64,000 nt of DNA from an uncultured Arcobacter sp. (GCA_965140705.1 OZ223300.1:384001-448000); one strand, 5' to 3'; shown: positions 41,451 to 53,056, counted from the first letter of the stretch. The notes: generated from the sequence alone by a model not told the origin. Program-made: numbers and translations.

Positions 41451-42746
41451 ATGAATGATAGTTTGAAAAATGGAGAATTATTTGATAATAAATTATTAAA
41501 AAAAATAAGAAAAAAGTTTTTACATATAAATATTGATCCTAAATCAAAAGAACAAAGGCTTTTCTTTGATAATTCAGGAGGAGCATTTAGGTTAAAAGCT
41601 GCAAGTGAAGTATTTAAATATATTGATGAGTATCCAGATTGTCCAGAGCATGGGAATAAGAGTGCAAGATGGTTGATGAAGATACAAGAAAAAGGGTATA
41701 AGTCGATTAAGACAATGCTAAATTTTGATTCAGGAAGTATTCTTACTTCATATACTGCATCAACTGTTATGTTTAATATGATAAGAGCAGTAATTGAAAA
41801 TGTTCCAGGAAAAAATATTGTTACAACTGCCTTAGAACATCCTTCTTCTTATGATGCTGTAGTAAGTTATGCAAAGAAAAATAATAAAGAAGTAAGAGTT
41901 GCAAAAACAAACTCAAAAACAGGTGGAGTAGATGTTGCTGAGATAGTGAAACTTATTGATAAAGATACTTCTCTTTTAGTATTTATGTATGCTTCAAATA
42001 TATCAGGAGCCTTATTGGATGCTCAAAAAATAGTAAAAGAGTGTAGAAAAATAAAGCCAGACCTTTTTATTATAGCAGATGCTGTTCAACATGCCCCTCA
42101 TGGGATTATTGATATAAAAAAAGCACCTGTAGATGGTCTGAATTTTGCTCCTTATAAATTTTTTGGTCCAAGGGGTTTTGGAGTTGGATATGCTTCTAAA
42201 AGATTAGCAAAACTTTCACATGATAAATTAATAGCAAAGCCAGAAGATGTTTGGGAGTTAGGAAGTCCAGCTCCTTCTCATTTTGCAGCTTTAACTGAAG
42301 TAGTTAATTATGTTTGTTGGATAGGTAAACATTATCTAAAAAGTAAAAATAAAAGAGAACTTTTTGAAGAGGGAATGACTCGTATAAAACTACATGAAAG
42401 AGCATTAATGCATTTTATGTTAGAGGGTACTTCAAAAATAGAAGGATTGAGAAACCTTGATGGAGTAAAAGTATATTTAGATTGTGAAGATTTAAGAAAA
42501 AAAGATTTTATAATGGCAATAGGTTTTGATAAATTAGGCTTTAAAAAAGCAGTAAAAGAGTATGAAAAACAAGGTGTAATCACATTTGAAAGGGTTATTT
42601 CTAGTCCTTATTCTTCTCGTATGCTTGAATCTTTTGGTTTAAAAGGAAGTATTAGAGTCTCTCCTTTACATTGTCATAGTTTAAAAGATATAGAAAAATT
42701 TTTAAAAATTACAAAAAACTTTCCAAAACATAATAGAGGTACTTAA
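41451..42746 (+). CDS. Class V PLP-dependent enzyme (NifS-like fold)
   Basis: FFDNSGG, EHPS, DAVQH, APYKFFGP (PLP lysine). Confidence 0.85.
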   Translation: MNDSLKNGELFDNKLLKKIRKKFLHINIDPKSKEQRLFFDNSGGAFRLKAASEVFKYIDEYPDCPEHGNKSARWLMKIQEKGYKSIKTMLNFDSGSILTSYTASTVMFNMIRAVIENVPGKNIVTTALEHPSSYDAVVSYAKKNNKEVRVAKTNSKTGGVDVAEIVKLIDKDTSLLVFMYASNISGALLDAQKIVKECRKIKPDLFIIADAVQHAPHGIIDIKKAPVDGLNFAPYKFFGPRGFGVGYASKRLAKLSHDKLIAKPEDVWELGSPAPSHFAALTEVVNYVCWIGKHYLKSKNKRELFEEGMTRIKLHERALMHFMLEGTSKIEGLRNLDGVKVYLDCEDLRKKDFIMAIGFDKLGFKKAVKEYEKQGVITFERVISSPYSSRMLESFGLKGSIRVSPLHCHSLKDIEKFLKITKNFPKHNRGT

Positions 42747-43012
42747 TATCTAATTTCAAATTTGTTAGAAAATAAAGTGCCAATTGAAGTCTGTTTTATA
42801 TTGCTTATTTTACTGTATTCGCTACCACTTTTTAATATGGTAATAAATTCATTTAATCTATTCTCTTTGCAAGTTACAACGGCTTCAACATCTCCATTGG
42901 GTAAGTTTTTAATGTAACCACTAAAGTTAGCTCTATTGGCATTATTTGTTACGCTTTTCCTATAAAATACACCTTGTACTTTTCCACTTATTATAAATTT
43001 GTAACTTTTCAT
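42743..43012 (-). CDS. acyP: Acylphosphatase
   Basis: GKVQGVFYR and GYIKNLPNGDVE. Confidence 0.93.
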   Translation of the reverse strand: MKSYKFIISGKVQGVFYRKSVTNNANRANFSGYIKNLPNGDVEAVVTCKENRLNEFITILKSGSEYSKISNIKQTSIGTLFSNKFEIRY

Positions 43013-43166
43013 TAATATTCACTTTAATCAAGAATTTTGTTTTTATAGTATAACCATATTCTTGATATTTTCTATTTAACTTATATTTACGAATTTATAT
43101 TTAAGTTTTATATTCATAAGTTTTATTTGAGTATAAAATTATAAAAAAATTAGGTAATATTAAGTT

Positions 43167-46100
43167 ATGAAAAAAATATCATATAAATTAAAAGAGGTAA
43201 TTTTTATCTTTTTAATATTTTCTTTTATTCTTACTTTTGTAAATATAGTTGTAGAAAAATTCTTTTTTGTAAATAATATACAAAAAATAGCAATGGAGAC
43301 TGCATTAGGTAAAGCAAGAGAAAGAGAACACACTTTAAATGAATTTTTAAATGAATCAAAATATTTAATAAAATTTTTTAGAAGAATTAAAGCCTTTAAT
43401 AATTATTTGGAAAATGAAAATTCAAAAAGTGAAGTAGAAGAGGTATTTTTAACTTATATTCAAACCCATAAAAGATTTATGCAAGTTCGATATATCGATA
43501 AAAATGGTTTAGAAAAGATTAGGGTACAAAGGGATACTGAAAATGGTGTTTCTTATAAAGTTCCAAATGAAAAACTTCAAAATAAAGCTAATAGGGATTA
43601 TTTTATTATTTCAAAAACAAAACCTCTGGAGAAAGTTTGGTTTTCAAAGATAGACTTAAATATAGAAAATAATATACTTGAAATTCCATTTAAGCCTACG
43701 CTAAGAGTAATCTTCCCTGTAAAATATAAAAACAAATTTGATGGTATTTTAATTATAAACTATTTTTTAAATGAATTTTTAAATGATTTTACAAATACTT
43801 CATTATATGATATGACTATTATTGATGATAAAGGATTTCCTTTATTGCATCACGAAAAAGATAAAAACTGGAGTTTTTATAAATCTAAAAAATATAATAT
43901 ATCTCAAGAGTATCCAAAAGAGTATAAAAAAATTTTAAGTAGTGAAAGTTTAGTAAGTAATACTTTTGTCTCGAAAAGAATAAATACAGCTATCTCTGAT
44001 AATTTAATTTTGATATTGAAATTAAAAGAAAAATATATAGAAGAACAAAAAGAAAATTTAGCTTTTAAATATACTATTATAGCTACAGTAATACCTCTTG
44101 TTATATTTATTTTAACATTGCTTTTAATTAAACTATTTGGTGATAGATTATTTAATACAAAAAAACTATCCCAGCTTAGTGATAATTTGCAATCAATATC
44201 TAAAATAGCAAAAGTTGGTTTTTGGGAAGTAGATTGGAAAACTAAGCACATTAATTTAAGTGATGAACTTTATGATATCTTTGAAATTGAAGATAAAAAT
44301 AGTGTTATTACAATGGAGAAGCTTTTTACATATTTCCCTAAAAATTCGAAAAATGAATATGAAAAAGAAATCCAATCTTCTATAGATGAGAAAAGGGAAT
44401 ATTTTATAACCCAATCAATTATTACTGAAAAAGGTAATATAAAATATCTTCAAAGAAGAGGTAAACACTATTTTGATGACAATGGAATACTTGTTAAGTC
44501 TGTTGGAAGTAGTTATGATATAACAGAACAATATCTGTCTGAAAAAAAGTATAAAGACCTATTGGATTATGCATCAGATGGGATTCATATTTTAGATAAA
44601 GAGGGAAATCTTGTAGACTTTAGTCAGTCCTTTGCCAAATCACTTGGATATACAAATGAAGAGATGAAAGAGTTAAATTTTGTAGATTGGGATATTTTTA
44701 TTTTTGAAGTAGAAGTGAAAAATAAAATAAATGAGTTAATAAATTTCCCAAGATCTTTTGAATCAAAACATAGAAGAAAAGATGGCTCTATAATTGATGT
44801 TCAAGTTAACGCTAAAGGAATAGAAATAAATGGACAAGAGTATCTTTATGCTTCCCAAAGAGATATAACAAAACAAAAAAAACTAGAAAAAGAGATTCTT
44901 AGTGAGAAGGATTTTATTTCTACTATTATAGATAATGCAAACGCAATTATTGCAGTAATTGATAGTAATGGGAAGATGATTAAAGTAAATAAATATGCTC
45001 AAGATTTTGTTGGATATACAGAAGAAGAAATATCTAGTGAAGCATATTTTTGGGCAAGATTTTTACCAAAAGAAAAAAAAGAGAAAGTTTTTGAAATAGT
45101 AAAAAAAGCAAATAAAGGTGAAATAGTAAAAAACTTTAAAAATAGTTGGATTTCTAAAAATGGTGAAGAAAGAGTATTTGAGTGGTCAAATATGCTTGTT
45201 CAAAAAAGTGATGGAAGTATGGATTATATTGCTACTATTGGAATAGATATTACAGAAAATCATAAATTATTAGAAGAGTTAAAAGTTGCTAAAAATAATG
45301 CAGAAAAAGCAAGTATAGTTAAATCTGAATTTTTAGCAAATATGTCCCACGAAATAAGAACTCCAATTAGTGGTATAACTGGTCTTATTTCTCTTATATT
45401 AGATATGCCATTAGAACCATTACAAAGAGACTATTTAAATAAGGCAAAAAAATCTTCAAATGCTTTATTAAGTATTATTAATGATATTTTAGATTATTCA
45501 AAAATTGAAGCTGGAAAACTAGATATTATTGAGCAAGATTTTAACTTAGAAGATATTTTTAAAAATATCTCCAATCTTTTTGGATATGAAACATATAAAA
45601 AACAATTGGAATTTACTTTTGCCTTAGATAGTAATATTCCCCCTCTTATAATTGGTGATTCTCTTAGATTAACACAAATATTAAATAATCTTGTTGGAAA
45701 TGCCATAAAGTTTACTGAAAATGGATATATTGCATTGAAAAGTGAAATAAAAGAGATAAGTGAAGATGAGCTAATTCTAAGATTTTGTATTGAAGATACA
45801 GGAATTGGAATAAGTAAAGAAGATCAAAAGAAGCTTTTTAATAACTTTGAACAACTTGATACTTCAAATAAGAGAAAATATAGTGGTTCTGGATTGGGAC
45901 TTTCTATTACTAAACAGTTAATTGAACTTATGCGTGGAAAAATTTGGCTTGAAAGTGAAGTAGGAGTTGGAAGTAAATTCTACTTTGAAATAAAGTTTAA
46001 ATATATTAAAAAGATTTATAAAAAGAAAAAAAATAGAATAGTAAATAATAAATTTTTGATTATAGATAATAATAAAATAGAAAGTGATTATATAAAAAGT

Positions 46101-47426
46101 ATATTAAACTCATGGAACATAGAGACCATTATAGAACCAAGTGAAATAAACTCTTTGGAAATAATCAATAATGAAAAAATAGAGTGTTTGATTATTAATT
46201 GGAATACTTCAACCACAAATCGATTGATATTTTTGGAAAAATTAAAAAATATTGATAAAGAGATAGACTATATTGTTTTGGTGACACCATATAATAAAAA
46301 GCTTATTTTAGATCTTTTTGAAAAACAGGAGTTTAAAGTTACAAAATTATTAGAAAAACCTTTTACCCCATCAACTTTGTATAACATGATTTTTGATAAA
46401 AATAATAAAGATATTAATAATAGGGAACTCTTAACACAAGGAGTATTAATAAATAAAAAAATAGCTTTATTAGTTGAAGATAATGAGACTAATCAAATAG
46501 TTTCAAAAGCAATTTTAGAAAAAATAGGTTTTACTATAGATATTGCAAAGGATGGAGAAGAAGCTATAAAAAGTGCTAAAAACTTTTCTTATGATATTAT
46601 TTTTATGGATTTACAAATGCCAAATATTGATGGCTTTGAAGCAGCAAGAAAAATTAGAGAATTTGATAAAAAAATACCTATTATTGCCCTAAGTGCTGCT
46701 GTAATGCAAAAGGATAAAATGTCAACTAAAGAAGCTGGTATGAATGCTCACATTTCTAAACCAATTGTAAAAGAAGAAATAGAAGGCGTAGTATCACGAT
46801 TTTTTGAAATAACTTATAAAAACAGAAATAAAAAAAATATACATAGCAAAGTATATAATATATATGGAATAGATTTTGAGAAATTGATGGAGACTTTATC
46901 TTTTGACAATAAGGTGGCCTTATCCTTGATAAAAAAATATTATAAGAACTATAGTAATATAGAATCTCAACTTAAAGTATTTAGTTTAAAAAGCGATGAT
47001 TTTGATAGTTTTATACATAAGTTAAAAGGTGTAAGTGGAAATATACAGGCAATGAAGGTTTATGAGATTTGTTCTAAGATAGAAAAAACAAATGATATAT
47101 CAAAAGTATTTGAATTGTTAAACAGTTTAAAAAAAGAGATGAAAAATATATTTGAATCCATAGAAATTAATATTTTAAAAAAGAAAAATGAGGATAAATC
47201 AAATCATAGTAATAAAGAGATTAATAAGATAATAGAAGAGTTAATAAAAGATGTCAATGAAGATAGTTTTATTAAAAGTATAAGAATAGAAGAGTTGATT
47301 AATTCTTTACAAAATAAGATAACAGATGAGTTATTAGTAAAAATAGAAAATAGTTTTTCTAATTATGAATATGAAGATTTAGTAAAAGATTTGGAAAATA
47401 TTCAAAATATGCTCAAGAAAGGTTAA
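43167..47426 (+). CDS. Hybrid sensor kinase (Cache-like, 3 PAS, HisKA, HATPase, 2 REC, Hpt)
   Basis: FLANMSHEIRTP, NLVGNAIKFT, GSGLGL, DIIFMDLQMP, HKLKGVSGNI. Confidence 0.93.
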   Translation: MKKISYKLKEVIFIFLIFSFILTFVNIVVEKFFFVNNIQKIAMETALGKAREREHTLNEFLNESKYLIKFFRRIKAFNNYLENENSKSEVEEVFLTYIQTHKRFMQVRYIDKNGLEKIRVQRDTENGVSYKVPNEKLQNKANRDYFIISKTKPLEKVWFSKIDLNIENNILEIPFKPTLRVIFPVKYKNKFDGILIINYFLNEFLNDFTNTSLYDMTIIDDKGFPLLHHEKDKNWSFYKSKKYNISQEYPKEYKKILSSESLVSNTFVSKRINTAISDNLILILKLKEKYIEEQKENLAFKYTIIATVIPLVIFILTLLLIKLFGDRLFNTKKLSQLSDNLQSISKIAKVGFWEVDWKTKHINLSDELYDIFEIEDKNSVITMEKLFTYFPKNSKNEYEKEIQSSIDEKREYFITQSIITEKGNIKYLQRRGKHYFDDNGILVKSVGSSYDITEQYLSEKKYKDLLDYASDGIHILDKEGNLVDFSQSFAKSLGYTNEEMKELNFVDWDIFIFEVEVKNKINELINFPRSFESKHRRKDGSIIDVQVNAKGIEINGQEYLYASQRDITKQKKLEKEILSEKDFISTIIDNANAIIAVIDSNGKMIKVNKYAQDFVGYTEEEISSEAYFWARFLPKEKKEKVFEIVKKANKGEIVKNFKNSWISKNGEERVFEWSNMLVQKSDGSMDYIATIGIDITENHKLLEELKVAKNNAEKASIVKSEFLANMSHEIRTPISGITGLISLILDMPLEPLQRDYLNKAKKSSNALLSIINDILDYSKIEAGKLDIIEQDFNLEDIFKNISNLFGYETYKKQLEFTFALDSNIPPLIIGDSLRLTQILNNLVGNAIKFTENGYIALKSEIKEISEDELILRFCIEDTGIGISKEDQKKLFNNFEQLDTSNKRKYSGSGLGLSITKQLIELMRGKIWLESEVGVGSKFYFEIKFKYIKKIYKKKKNRIVNNKFLIIDNNKIESDYIKSILNSWNIETIIEPSEINSLEIINNEKIECLIINWNTSTTNRLIFLEKLKNIDKEIDYIVLVTPYNKKLILDLFEKQEFKVTKLLEKPFTPSTLYNMIFDKNNKDINNRELLTQGVLINKKIALLVEDNETNQIVSKAILEKIGFTIDIAKDGEEAIKSAKNFSYDIIFMDLQMPNIDGFEAARKIREFDKKIPIIALSAAVMQKDKMSTKEAGMNAHISKPIVKEEIEGVVSRFFEITYKNRNKKNIHSKVYNIYGIDFEKLMETLSFDNKVALSLIKKYYKNYSNIESQLKVFSLKSDDFDSFIHKLKGVSGNIQAMKVYEICSKIEKTNDISKVFELLNSLKKEMKNIFESIEINILKKKNEDKSNHSNKEINKIIEELIKDVNEDSFIKSIRIEELINSLQNKITDELLVKIENSFSNYEYEDLVKDLENIQNMLKKG

Positions 47427-47428
47427 AA

Positions 47429-48109
47429 ATGGAAAAATTAACTATTTTGGTTGTGGATGATGAGTCTATAAATATTCAGATAATATCTGAAATATTAACT
47501 GACGAATATAATATAAAAATCGCTAAAAATGGAAAAGCTGGATATGAAGCATATGAGAAGTATTCACCTTCTTTAATAATCTCAGATATAAATATGCCCC
47601 TTATGAATGGAATCGAAATGGTTTCAAAGATTAGAGAAAAGGATCAAAATACAAAAGTAATATTTACAAGCTCCCATTCAGATTTAGAGTATTTACTTCA
47701 ATCAAGCTCTTTAAAACTCATAAAATATATTTTAAAGCCTATAAAAAGAGAAGAGTTACTAGAAGCTGTTAATACAGCAGTAGAAGAGTTACAAAAGTAT
47801 AAAATAGTCTCAAGTCATATTTTACAATTAAATAAAGAGTATGTCTGGGATTTCAAAACCTTAAATTTAATCAAAGCAGAACAATCTATTGCTTTAACTC
47901 CAACAGAGCGAAAGATTCTAAATTATCTTTTTTCAAATGTTGGTTCTATGGTTACATACGAGGATATTCTTTATGAAGCATGGGAAGATTATGATATGCC
48001 AAGTAAACAAACATTAAAAACAATGATGACAAATCTTAGGAAAAAAATCCCAGAAAATATAATTCATAACATTTATGGAATAGGATACAAAATCTTGACT
48101 ACTTCCTGA
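47429..48109 (+). CDS. OmpR-type response regulator
   Basis: VVDDE, SDINMP, LTPTE, LRKKI..YGIGY. Confidence 0.92.
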   Translation: MEKLTILVVDDESINIQIISEILTDEYNIKIAKNGKAGYEAYEKYSPSLIISDINMPLMNGIEMVSKIREKDQNTKVIFTSSHSDLEYLLQSSSLKLIKYILKPIKREELLEAVNTAVEELQKYKIVSSHILQLNKEYVWDFKTLNLIKAEQSIALTPTERKILNYLFSNVGSMVTYEDILYEAWEDYDMPSKQTLKTMMTNLRKKIPENIIHNIYGIGYKILTTS

Positions 48110-48182
48110 CTATTTAATTTTATACTTTCATTATAAGTTGTATTTCTTTTGGAAATACAAATTCTTAAAATAAGGATTTATA

Positions 48183-48971
48183 ATGAAAAAGTATGTAATT
48201 AGTCTACTTGTAAGTGGAATTTTATTAGCAGCTAATGCTAGTGAAAATGGTGAAGTGAAAGCTTCTAATGAAACACATAAAAAACATGTTTCACATTGGA
48301 GTTATGAGGGTAATACTGGTCCTAAATTTTGGGGGACAATTAATCCTTCTTTTCAAACATGTGAAAATGGAGAAAGACAATCTCCTATAAATATAGCAAA
48401 AGAAACAACTGTCGCTTCAAACTCTTTAGGAAATCTTTTTTTTGATTATAAAGATACAAGTATTAGTATAATAAATAATGGACATACTATACAAGTAAAT
48501 TCTGACAATCAAAGTTCTGCACTATTTCAAGGCAAAAAATTTAAACTTTTACAGTTTCATTTTCACTCAAAAAGTGAACACACAGTAAATGGGGAATATT
48601 ATCCTTTGGAATTACATTTAGTTCATCAAGCAGAAGATGGAGAGTTAGGAGTTATAGGTGTATTTTTTAAATTAGGTAATTATAATAGTTCACTTCAAAA
48701 AGTACTAAAATTTATGCCTAAAGATGCTGGTGCTAAAAGTAATGTTGATAAGTTTACTATTAATCCAAATGAATTCTTGCCAAAAGATAGGGGATATTAT
48801 CATTATCTAGGCTCACTTACAACACCTCCTTGTACACAAATTGTAGAATGGTATGTGATGAAAAACCCAATAACTTTATCACAAAAACAGTTGGAACAAT
48901 TTCAAAATTTATATAATGGAAATTTTAGACCAACTTATCCTCTTAATAAGAGAATAGTATTGGAAAAGTAA
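48183..48971 (+). CDS. Periplasmic alpha-carbonic anhydrase
   Basis: Signal peptide; HWSYEG, QSPINI, QFHFH, SEH, ELHLVH, GSLTTPPC. Confidence 0.95.
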   Translation: MKKYVISLLVSGILLAANASENGEVKASNETHKKHVSHWSYEGNTGPKFWGTINPSFQTCENGERQSPINIAKETTVASNSLGNLFFDYKDTSISIINNGHTIQVNSDNQSSALFQGKKFKLLQFHFHSKSEHTVNGEYYPLELHLVHQAEDGELGVIGVFFKLGNYNSSLQKVLKFMPKDAGAKSNVDKFTINPNEFLPKDRGYYHYLGSLTTPPCTQIVEWYVMKNPITLSQKQLEQFQNLYNGNFRPTYPLNKRIVLEK

Positions 48972-48980
48972 GGAAAAACG

Positions 48981-50894
48981 ATGATTAAAAATATGAAAAT
49001 AAAGATAAAAATCTTTTTATTATTAACGATAACATTAATTTCTTTATTAATAGTATCAGTAAGTTCATATGTTGGAATAAGTTCTGTGGGTCATGAAATT
49101 GAAGAGTTAGCAGAATCTCATATTCCTTTAAATAAAGTAATTACAAATATTGATGCTAGTATTTTAAAAGAAGAGGTTTTAACTTATGAGTTAATAATTG
49201 CTTCTGAAGATGTATTTAGTGAAAAATTTCAAGAAGTTAAAGGAAAAATTGAAAAAATTGAAAAAACTTCACAAAAAAATATAAAAGAGTGTGAAGAAAT
49301 AGCAGCAAAAGCTATAAGTAAAAGTAGTGATGATGAAAATAAAAAAAACTATGAGGCGTTCTTAAAAGAGTGTATAGAACTAGAAAAAAGACAAAAGTTA
49401 TTTGAAGTTGCTATTTCAAAGCTTGTTCATGACTTAGAATCTGGAAATATTCAAGATGTGGAAAAAGAAAAAGAAGAGTTACATAAATTACTTCTTGGTC
49501 TAGATAAGTTTGTAATGAATTTGACAAATCAAATTCAAAAGTTAGTTAAAAAAGCAACAACAAAAGCTAAAGATGATGAAAATAGTGTAACTATGACTAT
49601 AGAGGTAATCTCTATATTAGCATTCATTATATCTATTACATTTGGAATTTATTTAGCAAATAATATTAAAAATACAATAAACACTTTTCAAACTGGTTTA
49701 TTAGGATTTTTTACTTATCTTAATCGTGAAAGTGATGAAGTAAAAGCTATAGAATTAAATTCAAATGATGAAATAGGACTTATGGCAAAAGTGATAAATG
49801 AGAATATCATTAGTACAAAAAGTTTATTAGAAGAAGATAGAGAGTTAATTGAGGAAGTTAAAAAAATAGTTACAAAAGTAAATAGTGGAATATTTAAACA
49901 AGAAATAACAAAAAATACATCAAATGAGAGTTTAAATGAATTAAAAAAACTTTTAAATGAGATGTTAAAAATCTTGACAGCTAATGTTTCTGAAGATTTA
50001 AATAAGATTCAAGTGGCTCTTGATCACTACCAAAAGTTAGACTTTAGATATAGAATTGAAGGCTGTAGTGGAAAAACAAGTGTGGGATTGACAAAACTAG
50101 CTGAAATAATAAATACTATGTTAGTGGAAAATAAAAAATCAGGAGTATCATTAAATATTTCTGCACAAGCCCTATTAGGTAATATTACAACATTAAATAC
50201 TTCTTCAAATCAAGCCGCAGCTTCATTAGAAGAAACAGCTGCTGCTTTAGAGGAGATTACAAGTACAATTGTTAGTAATACAGAGAATGTAGTTAAGATG
50301 TCAAATTATGCAAATGAATTGTTGGTCTCTGCAAATGAGGGGCAATCATTGGCTAATCAAACTACAACATCAATGGATGAGATAAATGAACAAGTAAGTG
50401 CAATAAATGAAGCAATCAGTGTAATTGACCAAATTGCTTTTCAAACAAATATCTTATCTTTAAATGCAGCTGTTGAAGCTGCAACTGCTGGAGAAGCAGG
50501 AAAAGGATTTGCAGTAGTTGCTGGGGAAGTACGAAATTTAGCATCAAGAAGTGCAGAAGCTGCAAAAGAGATAAAAAATTTAGTGGAAAATGCTACCCAA
50601 AAGGCATCTTTAGGTAAAGAAATAGCTACAAAAATGATAAATGGTTACCATGGACTTAATGAAAATGTTGATAAAACATTAGCTATTATAAAAGATATTG
50701 AGTTAGCATCAAAAGAGCAACAAACGGGAATTGTACAAATAAATGATGCGGTAAATCAACTTGATCAACAAACTCAAGCAAACGCAAGTGCCGCAGCAGA
50801 AGCACAAGCAGTTGCAAATAATACATCGACAATTGCTAATAAAATAATTGAAGATGCCAATGAAAAAGAGTTTATTGGAAAAGAAAATATATAA
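48981..50894 (+). CDS. Methyl-accepting chemotaxis protein (helical periplasmic domain)
   Basis: 2 TM helices; [30 protein letters not shown]. Confidence 0.95.
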   Translation: MIKNMKIKIKIFLLLTITLISLLIVSVSSYVGISSVGHEIEELAESHIPLNKVITNIDASILKEEVLTYELIIASEDVFSEKFQEVKGKIEKIEKTSQKNIKECEEIAAKAISKSSDDENKKNYEAFLKECIELEKRQKLFEVAISKLVHDLESGNIQDVEKEKEELHKLLLGLDKFVMNLTNQIQKLVKKATTKAKDDENSVTMTIEVISILAFIISITFGIYLANNIKNTINTFQTGLLGFFTYLNRESDEVKAIELNSNDEIGLMAKVINENIISTKSLLEEDRELIEEVKKIVTKVNSGIFKQEITKNTSNESLNELKKLLNEMLKILTANVSEDLNKIQVALDHYQKLDFRYRIEGCSGKTSVGLTKLAEIINTMLVENKKSGVSLNISAQALLGNITTLNTSSNQAAASLEETAAALEEITSTIVSNTENVVKMSNYANELLVSANEGQSLANQTTTSMDEINEQVSAINEAISVIDQIAFQTNILSLNAAVEAATAGEAGKGFAVVAGEVRNLASRSAEAAKEIKNLVENATQKASLGKEIATKMINGYHGLNENVDKTLAIIKDIELASKEQQTGIVQINDAVNQLDQQTQANASAAAEAQAVANNTSTIANKIIEDANEKEFIGKENI

Positions 50895-50901
50895 AAATAT
50901 A

Positions 50902-50934
50902 ATAAATAAGAGAGTTTTTAATTCTCTTATTTAT
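50902..50934 (+). terminator. Terminator after the MCP gene
   Basis: ataaataagagagtt / aattctcttatttat inverted repeat. Confidence 0.65.
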
Positions 50935-51024
50935 ACTAAAACTTTCTAGAAACACCTATTACAAGTATCTTATAAATCCTTTTTTGTTACAATCTTAAAA
51001 ATAAATAATCAAATGAGATAATAG

Positions 51025-51858
51025 ATGAAAGAAAAACTTATTAGAAAGTGTCTTTTCCCAGCTGCTGGGTATGGGACTAGATTTTTACCTGCTACAAAAG
51101 CAACACCAAAAGAGATGTTACCAGTTCTAACAAAACCACTTATTCAGTATGGAGTGGAAGAAGCAATTGCTGCTGGAATGGATACTATGGCAATAGTAAC
51201 AGGAAGAGGTAAAAGAGCTATTGAAGATCATTTTGATATTTCTTATGAGTTAGAACATCAAATAAAAGGTACAAGTAAAGAACACTATTTAGATGAAATA
51301 AGAAGTGTAATAGAAAAGTGTACCTTTTCATATACAAGACAGATAGAAATGAAAGGTTTAGGTCATGCTATTTTAACAGGTGGGGAGACTTTAATAGGAA
51401 ATGAACCCTTTGCTGTAATACTTGCAGATGATTTATGTGACCATGAAGGAAGTGGAGTTTTAGCCCAAATGGTAGAACTTTATGGAAAGTATAAATGCTC
51501 AATCGTAGCCATTGAAGAAGTACCCAAAGATGAAACATATAAGTATGGGGTAATAGAAGGTAAAGAGATAGAAGAGGGTATTTTTATGATAAGCAATATG
51601 GTTGAAAAACCAGACCCAAAAGATGCTCCATCAAACCTTGCAATTATAGGAAGATATATTTTAACACCTGATATTTATGAGATAATAAAAAATACAAAAC
51701 CAGGTAAAAATGGAGAACTTCAAATTACTGATTCTCTTATGATCCAAGCAAAAGAGAATATGGTAATAGGATACAAGTTTAAAGGCAAAAGATTTGATTG
51801 TGGAAGTATAGATGGTTTTGTAGAAGCTACAAATCATTTTTACAATAAAGAGAAATAA
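51025..51858 (+). CDS. galU: UTP--glucose-1-phosphate uridylyltransferase
   Basis: PAAGYGTRFLPATKATPKEMLP, GLGHAI, VEKP. Confidence 0.96.
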   Translation: MKEKLIRKCLFPAAGYGTRFLPATKATPKEMLPVLTKPLIQYGVEEAIAAGMDTMAIVTGRGKRAIEDHFDISYELEHQIKGTSKEHYLDEIRSVIEKCTFSYTRQIEMKGLGHAILTGGETLIGNEPFAVILADDLCDHEGSGVLAQMVELYGKYKCSIVAIEEVPKDETYKYGVIEGKEIEEGIFMISNMVEKPDPKDAPSNLAIIGRYILTPDIYEIIKNTKPGKNGELQITDSLMIQAKENMVIGYKFKGKRFDCGSIDGFVEATNHFYNKEK

Positions 51859-51859
51859 A

Positions 51860-53056
51860 ATGAAATATAATAAAAACTTTTATCAAATAAAATCAAATAA
51901 AGAGATCTTTGAAAAAATAGAAAAAGAGAAGGGTCATATTGGTTATTATAATCTCCCATATCAAGATACAAGTGATATAAAAGAGTTTGCAAAAAATGTA
52001 ACTCAAAAAGATGTAGTAGTTGTGGGTATTGGGGGAAGTTCTTTAGGAACTTTTGCTATTCATAAGTTTTTACAACACAAAGAAAATGATAAAAAGCTTC
52101 ATTTTTTAGAATCTACTGACCCTTTAGATTTACAAAGAAGAATTAGTAAAATAAATCTAAATGATGCACTTTTTATAATAATAAGTAAGTCAGGAACAAC
52201 AGTTGAAACAGTTAGTATCTTAAAGTATTTACATACACTTATAAATATAGATTCTACAAATACCATATGCATAACAGAAAATGATAGTAAGCTAAAAACT
52301 TTTGCAAAATCAAGGGATATTAAAACCTTTGAAATCCCAAAAGATGTGGGTGGTAGGTTTTCTGTATTTTCAACGGTAGGACTTGTACCATTAGCAATTA
52401 TGGGTTTAGATATAGATGAGTTATTAAGTGGTTGTAAAGAAGTAAGTGATAGCTTTTTTTCTAAAGATGAATATTATTCTTTACTTATGGAAAAAGCTAG
52501 ATTTTTAGTTGAGAATAAAAATAGATTTAATATAAATGTTGTATTTTCTTATTCTCTTTTACTTGAGGGGTTTAATAAATGGTATGTTCAACTTTGGGGA
52601 GAGAGTTTAGGAAAGATAAATATAAATGGAACAAAGCAAGGACTAACCCCTATTGGCTTAGTGGGACCAATTGACCAACACTCTTTTTTACAACTAATAG
52701 TTGAGGGTAAAAGGGATAAGACGGTTACCTTTATAAAAATAGAAGATTTTCAAGATGAGATGACCATTCCTGATTTATCTTTGGAGGGTTTGGAAGAGTT
52801 AGATTATTTAAATGATATTAAATTTAAAGATTTGATAAATAAACAAGCTGATGCTACTATTGAGGCAATAGAAGGTTTAGATGACATACCTTGTGATGTG
52901 ATAACTATCCAATCACAAGATGAATTTAATATTGGGAAACTAATGTTCTCATATGAATTGTTGACTTCTATTGTAGGAAAATTTGTACAAATAAATACCT
53001 ATGACCAACCAGGTGTTGAAACAGGTAAAATCATTTTAAAAGAAAAACTAAAATAA
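51860..53056 (+). CDS. pgi: Glucose-6-phosphate isomerase
   Basis: GIGGSSLG, SKSGTTVE, GGRFSV, QLWGESLGK, DQPGVETGK. Confidence 0.95.
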   Translation: MKYNKNFYQIKSNKEIFEKIEKEKGHIGYYNLPYQDTSDIKEFAKNVTQKDVVVVGIGGSSLGTFAIHKFLQHKENDKKLHFLESTDPLDLQRRISKINLNDALFIIISKSGTTVETVSILKYLHTLINIDSTNTICITENDSKLKTFAKSRDIKTFEIPKDVGGRFSVFSTVGLVPLAIMGLDIDELLSGCKEVSDSFFSKDEYYSLLMEKARFLVENKNRFNINVVFSYSLLLEGFNKWYVQLWGESLGKININGTKQGLTPIGLVGPIDQHSFLQLIVEGKRDKTVTFIKIEDFQDEMTIPDLSLEGLEELDYLNDIKFKDLINKQADATIEAIEGLDDIPCDVITIQSQDEFNIGKLMFSYELLTSIVGKFVQINTYDQPGVETGKIILKEKLK

